Shown here: in pieces, positions 56,930 to 64,000 of the stretch
How the letters are laid out: each line of letters starts with the position of its first letter
Numbering within the stretch: position 1 is the stretch's first letter
Assembly: GCF_009914755.1 (NCBI RefSeq)
Contig: NC_060938.1
DNA: 64,000 bases
Source: the human T2T-CHM13v2.0 reference genome, Homo sapiens
Reading direction: 5' to 3' (one strand)
The notes under the pieces: generated by a model
Seen by the model: only the letters and a program-made list of their open reading frames with translations
Told to the model about the DNA's origin: nothing
The model's database searches: none
Translations under genes and position numbers: made by a program

Positions 56930-57781
56930 GACATCAGCGTCTCTCCACCCAAACTTATTCTTCTAGTATTTCTTCGCTTGGCAAATGGCGAATCACCTAG
57001 GTCAGAAACCTTGAGCTCATCCTAAATGCTAACTTCTCTTTCACTTCCAACAACCCACTGGTCTCTAAAAGTAATAGAGCCCACCTCCTTCATCTCTCAC
57101 ACTGACCCCTTACCTTCATCCTCACCTCTGCTGCCTTGGTTCGAGCCCTCATCTCTTTTACAGGGATCCGCCACAGCATCCCAACTGATCTGGCCTTAGG
57201 TCTTCTTCTCCAATCCATTCTTCAAAAGGCTGCCACTGTGATCTTCCCAAAGGTGATTCTGATGCTACCATCTTGCTTCAAGCCCACAAATGAATCACCA
57301 CCAACTTCTGGATAAGGTGCCTACCCTTAGCAAGGCATACAAAACCCTTCAAAATCAGCTCCTTTTTCTCTCTCTGCTTAAGTATTTCTCCAGCTTTGTC
57401 TCTTCACCCAAATATCCACCCTTTTTGCCACCCTAAAACCATTTTTATAACAAGCCACACTCTCTCCTTTCTATGTTTTCATACATACTACCCTTCAGCC
57501 TGACCACGAACGTTTATCGGGTGTGAATATTCAGCTGTCAGGTAACTTTTATTGACTCTCCCAGTCTGTCTTGGATGTCTCTCTACTCTCAGAGTCTTTG
57601 CTATAATCCCCTTTCATAACACTTATCCTACCATATTTGGTTGTTGGTGAACCTATTTGTCTTATTTACAAGGCTACAAGCTCCATAAGAGCTATAATTT
57701 ATCATTTTGTATTCCCAGTCAATATAAGTCTAGTGCCTGATACATACTAAATATTCAACACATTTGCTAAATTTGATTGAA
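56930..57781 (+). mobile_element. L2 3' portion
   Basis: Degenerate L2 motifs CCAATCCATTCTTC, AAGCTCCATAAGAG, CTAGTGCCTGATACATA, ATATTCAACACATTTG. Confidence 0.75.
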
Positions 57782-58023
57782 AGATGAAGAGTCTCTACGT
57801 CTCCTTACTTTTCATTAAGTGAATAATATTCTTTAAGATCTCCATGGCTTTTAGATATGCTAGTACGTGTTCGACATATTTAGTGATAGTACATTTTGCA
57901 TCAAGTACGATATATAGTGATAGCCTCTCTTCAGAAAAAAATACAGCACATGGCTTTTTAATTGAGTTCTCTTAAATCTGTTAGTCGGAAATTTCAGGAG
58001 TCTGATGACAAATATGATCATAA

Positions 58024-58338
<315 letters not shown>

Positions 58339-58914
58339 AATAATGACTTTTTTGATAAATACTAATAATATGGATGTGATTCTCAGAGATGCCACTACTG
58401 ATGAGTTGCAATGATTTCTCTAGGACCAAGGATATGATAAAGACAGTCTCTTTCACTTTTTAGGTACAACCCCCTCAAAATCTACCAATTTTGATCAGTG
58501 TTTTTGTAAAGATTTCAACATCTTTGATAGGAAGAAACATGATTTTCCTATGCTCTAGGAGACTTGTATTTATTTAATATCTAGCTCTTAATAAGGAGAT
58601 ACTTTAGATTCAGATCATTCTCAAAAGCCACCAGGAAACAGTTATCAGCAAGAGATAAGCAAAGTAGCAGCACAGTCAGGATATTCCCTTCCCTCCATGC
58701 CAACCCTCATTTACATTGTGAAAACCTTACTATGATTCCATCATTGTCCTGAGGATGAGAATAAAGAATTGAAAATGGGCTATTCAGATGATAATGACCA
58801 CTGTACCTCTTTTACTTCTTACTTAGAAAAGGTCTTTCAACTCCTCTTATTTTTTTATTTAACCCAGAACAGGTTTGACTACAAGGAAAGCCTGGAAACC
58901 TGGAGCTTAATTTC

Positions 58915-59140
58915 AGGAGCAAGTTCTCTGAAGACAGATGTCCTGAGTTTGAATTCCAGCTCTGCCTCTTCCCAGCTTCTGCCTTCAGGTGAGTTATCTA
59001 AACTCTCTGAGGTGCTTCCAAATCTTATGTAAAATAGGATGATAGTAATGTGTCAACTCATAACACAGTCAGGTCTCATTATTTAATGGAACAAAATACT
59101 TGGAATTGTGCCTGGCACATAGTATGGGTTAATTATTACT
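58915..59140 (+). mobile_element. MIR
   Basis: CCTGAGTTTGAATTCCAGCTCTGCC..GAGTTATCTAAACTCTCTGAG..GTGCCTGGCACATAGTA. Confidence 0.75.
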
Positions 59141-59354
59141 ACTGGGTAAATTTTATGGCATTTAAAAATGATTTGGGCCCAATGTCCCCCTTTAGTTTGA
59201 TAACTGAAAGTTTACAGTAGTAAGCCACAGAGAAGAAAACTTCCTTTAGCCTTTCACCCAACAGAGGCTCTATCAGATTAAGTATGAACTGCCACAGACT
59301 TGCACCTTCTAGTTAGTCAATCCCCGTCTTTCCCCTTACTGTGTGTGTGTGTTT

Positions 59355-59929
59355 TTAAACAACAAATGTATTATCTCACAGTTCTGTAGGTCAGAAGTCT
59401 GGTGAGCTCAGCTGTTTTCTCTGGTCTGGGTTTCATAGACAGAAATCAAGTTGATGGCAAGCTGCTCTCTTATCTGGAGGCTCTGAGGGAGAACCGCTTC
59501 CAAGCTCACTCAGGTTGTTGACAGAATCCAGTTATTTGGGCTGCAGGGGTGAAGTCCCCGTTTCCTCGCTGGCTGTGAGCCAAGCGTCTCTCTCAGCTCC
59601 TTGAAGCTACCTGAATTCCTCATGATGTTGCTCCCCACATCTAACCAGCTACTGCGTGTGGAGTCCTTCTCACACTTTGAATCTTTGTGACTACTTCATC
59701 TCTTCTGCCTCCAGCTGGAGAAGGTACTGTGCTTTTAGGGGCTCATGTCATTAGATTGAGCACACCTGAATAATCCAAACGACTCTTCCTATTTTAAGGT
59801 CTGCAACTTTAATTATACCTGTAAAGTTCCTTTTGCCACCTAAGGTAACATATTTACTGGTGTCAGAGATTAGGGTGCAGACATCTTTAACAGGGCAGGG
59901 GTATGTGGGGGGGCATTCTGCCTACCACA
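59355..59929 (-). mobile_element. MLT1 (D/E/F-like) LTR
   Basis: AAACAACAAATGTATTATCTCACAGTTCTG, GTTGTTGACAGAATCCAGTT, ends ATTCTGCCTACCACA. Confidence 0.8.
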
Positions 59930-61516
59930 CCATACAAAGACTCCACTATTTGGTCTGCCTAACACATTCCTCAATACTAGGGCAGGAATATGAAGTCTTT
60001 GTCCTTTGAAACTGAGGGAAAGAGTTCACAAACAACTGTAATAAGATTTATTTATTAGTTATATTATTTATAAATGAACATATTCAAATATACTCAAAAG
60101 TAAAGTGAACGCTATAAAGACATCCATGTATCTGCCAATCTGGATGCATCCATTTTGCCAATCTGGATGCATCTACTTTTTCACACCTTGCTTTTTTTCT
60201 TTTGATGTATCTACAAATGGAAGACAGTATCTTTATTTGTGAAGATGTATAGGGCTTCATATTTTATTGGAAATTGTAATCATTTCAAATAATACAAATT
60301 AAAGAACAAAAGGATACAAATAAAAAAAGAATACTCATACTTTATCCTCATTTAGTGAATGAAAAATAAACTTTCAGATATTAAAATCTTGCCCAACTTA
60401 CATATTACCATTATAGTTCATTAATATTTTATATTAACATAAAAGTCTTTTATTTTATTCTTATGCTGATATATAAGGGAAAGATGAATGAAAGGGAATG
60501 GGAAAGGTGGACTCCTTTTTCTCAGAGAATTAAAAAAATGAAGCCCAAATTATACATTTTTCTCAAGGATGCTTACTTTTCTCCCCTTTTTCTTGTTGCC
60601 AACCCTAAGGTATTTTCAGGATACTATATAACTTACTTATGAAGATGTTTTACTATAATAACATAATTATTTCCCATCATGGGGTACCTTGCTGTGTTTT
60701 CAGACCTCAGTGATGACAGAGGTGCTTCTACTCTAAGGTCAATTAAGGGAAAGGCTGTGTGTTATATCACATGAAAGTTCTCCTGCTCTAAAGTGAGAAC
60801 AGAGATCATTTGGTTATTGCCTATGAACATGTCCCCGTTTCATCTTCAGTTGGCAAAAAGTTTGCAATTAAAACAGGCTCATTCTTCATTAATCATCTTT
60901 TGGGGGTACCATGTTTTGAAAATTTTCATCTACAATATTTTAGAAATTCACATTGATATTAACTTAGAACAAATTATGTTAATATGTACTGTCAGAGGAA
61001 TAAATACAAATGACATGACTTCAACAAGACCAAATAGAACAATCCACCCTCTTGTGAACAGGTGTCACTGGTTGACTGTTACATCAACGAGGTCATGATC
61101 AAATATAACTCACTGGACTCCGAGGATTCAGAAATTCTCAGATCACTCATATTAAGAACTGTTTGCTCATACCATCCACTGGAACTAGAGTATAATTATA
61201 CTTTTGTTGTGCCACTAATTAGCAGAGATTTATCCTGGTTTAATATAGTTCAAAATTTTGTAGAAACAATAGTAAGTTGAAGCATCTCCATTAACTGCTA
61301 ATGACAACAGATATATTGTGCCCTCATATCAAGAAAGGGAGTCAACCTTGAGGTGGCTAGCTTATAATGCACAATGCATGATTACAATTTTTTCATCATA
61401 AATTAGTTGTAGTCTTGTGCATTCTATTAAGTAAAATTGGCCCCAAGTGTTGGGGAGAGGTGAGGATCAATTCAATGTTTGCATAGCAAAAGAAATCACT
61501 TGAGGACTAATCTATT

Positions 61517-61531
61517 TGTGTGTGTGTGCAT

Positions 61532-61577
<46 letters not shown>
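61517..61577. repeat. (TG)n-(CA)n-(TA)n compound microsatellite
   Basis: Directly visible; the TG and CA runs are mutually complementary. Confidence 0.93.
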
Positions 61578-61581
61578 TTTA

Positions 61582-61954
<373 letters not shown>

Positions 61955-62214
61955 TAGAAATGATTCAATCTAGATTTAGATCCAGGATTGCTGCAGACAC
62001 ATGATAAATGTAATGAGTCCTCTCTTTTCCCTATAAAAGGAGAAGTAGCTAAATGTAGAGGGGTGAGAGGAGTATGCAGAAAGCAACACTTATAAATACT
62101 CTCTCATCATCTTTCATTTTTTTCTAGTCTTTTTTGACTTTTCCACATAGAAGTAGTATAAAAATATTTGACATTTTCTACCCATCACAGGGCATCCTTC
62201 AGAAAAGATGAATG

Positions 62215-63362
62215 GAAAATTTTAAAAACAAAACCTATCAAGAAAATGAGAAAAAAAGCCACAGACTGGGAGAAAATATTTGCAAAAGACACAAATGTCT
62301 TTGTGATATAGAACTATTATCTAAAATATACAAAGAACTACTAAAACACAACAAGAAAACAAACAGCCAGATTAAAAAAATGGGCCAAAAACCTTAACAG
62401 ACCCCCTTACCAAAGAAGCTATACAGATGGAAAATAAGTACATGAAAAATTGCTCAATATCAGGTGTCATCAGGGAAATGCAAAATAAAATACCAGTAAG
62501 ATACCATTACACACCTATTAGAATTGCCAAAATCTGGAACTCCGACAAGGCCAAATGCTGGCAAGGATGTGGAGTAACAAGAACTTTAATTCATTGCTGG
62601 TGGGAATATAAAATGGTACAGCAACTTTGGGAGACAATTTAGTAGTTTCCTACAAAACCAAACATATACTTAATATACTATCATACTTCTGGGTATTTAC
62701 CCAAAGAAGTTTAAAACTTACGTTCACACAGAAACCTGCAGAGATACTTATAACAGCTTTATTTATAATTGCCAAAACTTGCAAGCAACCAAGATGTCTT
62801 TCAGTAGGTGAATGAACAAACTGTGGTACATCCAGGGAATATTATTTAGTGCTAAAAAGAACTGAACTCTCAAATCATGAAAAAACTTGGGGGAAACTTA
62901 AATGTACATTACTAAGTGAAAGAAAGCAACCTGAAAAGGCCACATACTATGTGATTCCAGCTATGTGACATTCTGGAAAAGACAAAAAGAGAAAACTATG
63001 CTGACAACAGAAAGATCAGTGGCTGACAGGGATAGTTGAACATGTGAAGCACAGAGGATTTTTAAGGCAAGGAAAATACTCTGTATGATACTATATGATG
63101 GATACATGTAATTACACATTTGTCCAAACCCATGGAATATTCAACATCAAGAGTAAACCATGATGTAAACTATGGACTTCAGGTAATTATGATGTGTTAA
63201 GGTGGGTTCATCCACTCTAACAAATGTACCACTGTGGTGGGGGATATTCATAGTGGGGGAAGGTACACATGTGTAGGGGCAAGGTGTATATGGGAAATCA
63301 CTGTATCTTCTTCTTAATTTTGCTGTGACATTAAAATTGCTCTAAAAATAAAGTCTTTTAAA
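62215..63362 (+). mobile_element. L1MC1/2-like 3' end
   Basis: ACAGACTGGGAGAAAATATTTGCAA; GGATACATGT..CATTTGTCCAAACCCAT..ATGTAAACTATGGACT; TGCTCTAAAAATAAAGTCT. Confidence 0.88.
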
Positions 63363-64000
63363 ATATCTCTTTAAATAAAACAAACAATAAAACCTCAACG
63401 AAATCTAGATGCTCTAAGCCCATCATCTGGGCTCATACACTGGGGAATCATTGGCATTAATGCTTGTATATGTTTGAATTCGATACTGTAATTTTAGGGG
63501 GTGGGGGGAGTGAGAACTCAAGAAAGACTCACATAGCAGGGATCCTGTATGCATGCATCCCAGTACCCACCTTCTAACTCCCAACCAAGGTTAAAAGAGT
63601 ATAATGTTGGAGAACCAGCAGAAAAAGGCCACAAAACAGAAAATTAATGACTAACCCATACATTTCTAAAAAATCAGTGTTACAGACATTCTGTTCTTCA
63701 AGTATGACCCCCTTCCCTTCACACCATTATTGGGTTTGTGTTTAGGAGAAAGAGAATATTAAAAGTGTGAATTATTACCAAAAAAAAAAAAAAAAACAAA
63801 CGCTGGAATCTACATGAAGCTGTTTAATGGTTTATAAAAATTGAAAAATGGAGCAAATATCTGGATTTTTCTTCTACTTGGCATCAAATGTCTGGAAATG
63901 AAGACATATGGAAAACTTTTTATTTCCTGTTAATCTACCTGGCTGGAAACAGTAACACAAAAATCCAATCTAGGCTTGGCATTAGATTTTAAGTGTAATT

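Overview
Human-type (primate) genomic DNA holding the 3' end of PRKD1 (protein kinase D1, 14q12) on the minus strand. Five coding exons are present (51682-51843, 51053-51151, 49517-49784, 30311-30396, 29274-29492). They splice in frame into the kinase C-lobe and the C-terminal tail ending -ERVSIL*. A ~760-nt 3'UTR and ~28 kb of downstream intergenic sequence follow. The rest is AT-rich and filled with Alu, L1, L2, MIR, MaLR/ERV LTR and DNA-transposon fossils, and almost all ORF-track ORFs outside the exons are repeat-derived or chance. I found no prokaryote-type system (CRISPR, operon, defence island) and no second protein-coding gene. Best leads: (1) several short-range templated copy events, namely a 156-bp insertion flanked by a 17-bp target duplication, an inverted insertion of THE1 internal sequence into its own LTR, a duplicated MIR fragment, and a 31-bp-stem hairpin; (2) unusual splicing signals, namely a GC-AG intron, a candidate recursive splice site, a candidate poison exon, and Alu geometry that could circularise the stop-free exons 14+15; (3) candidate CTCF/enhancer elements in the FOXG1-PRKD1 regulatory region. 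Exon numbers, residue numbers and repeat subfamilies come from recall, not from a search. Boundaries of old repeats are approximate.
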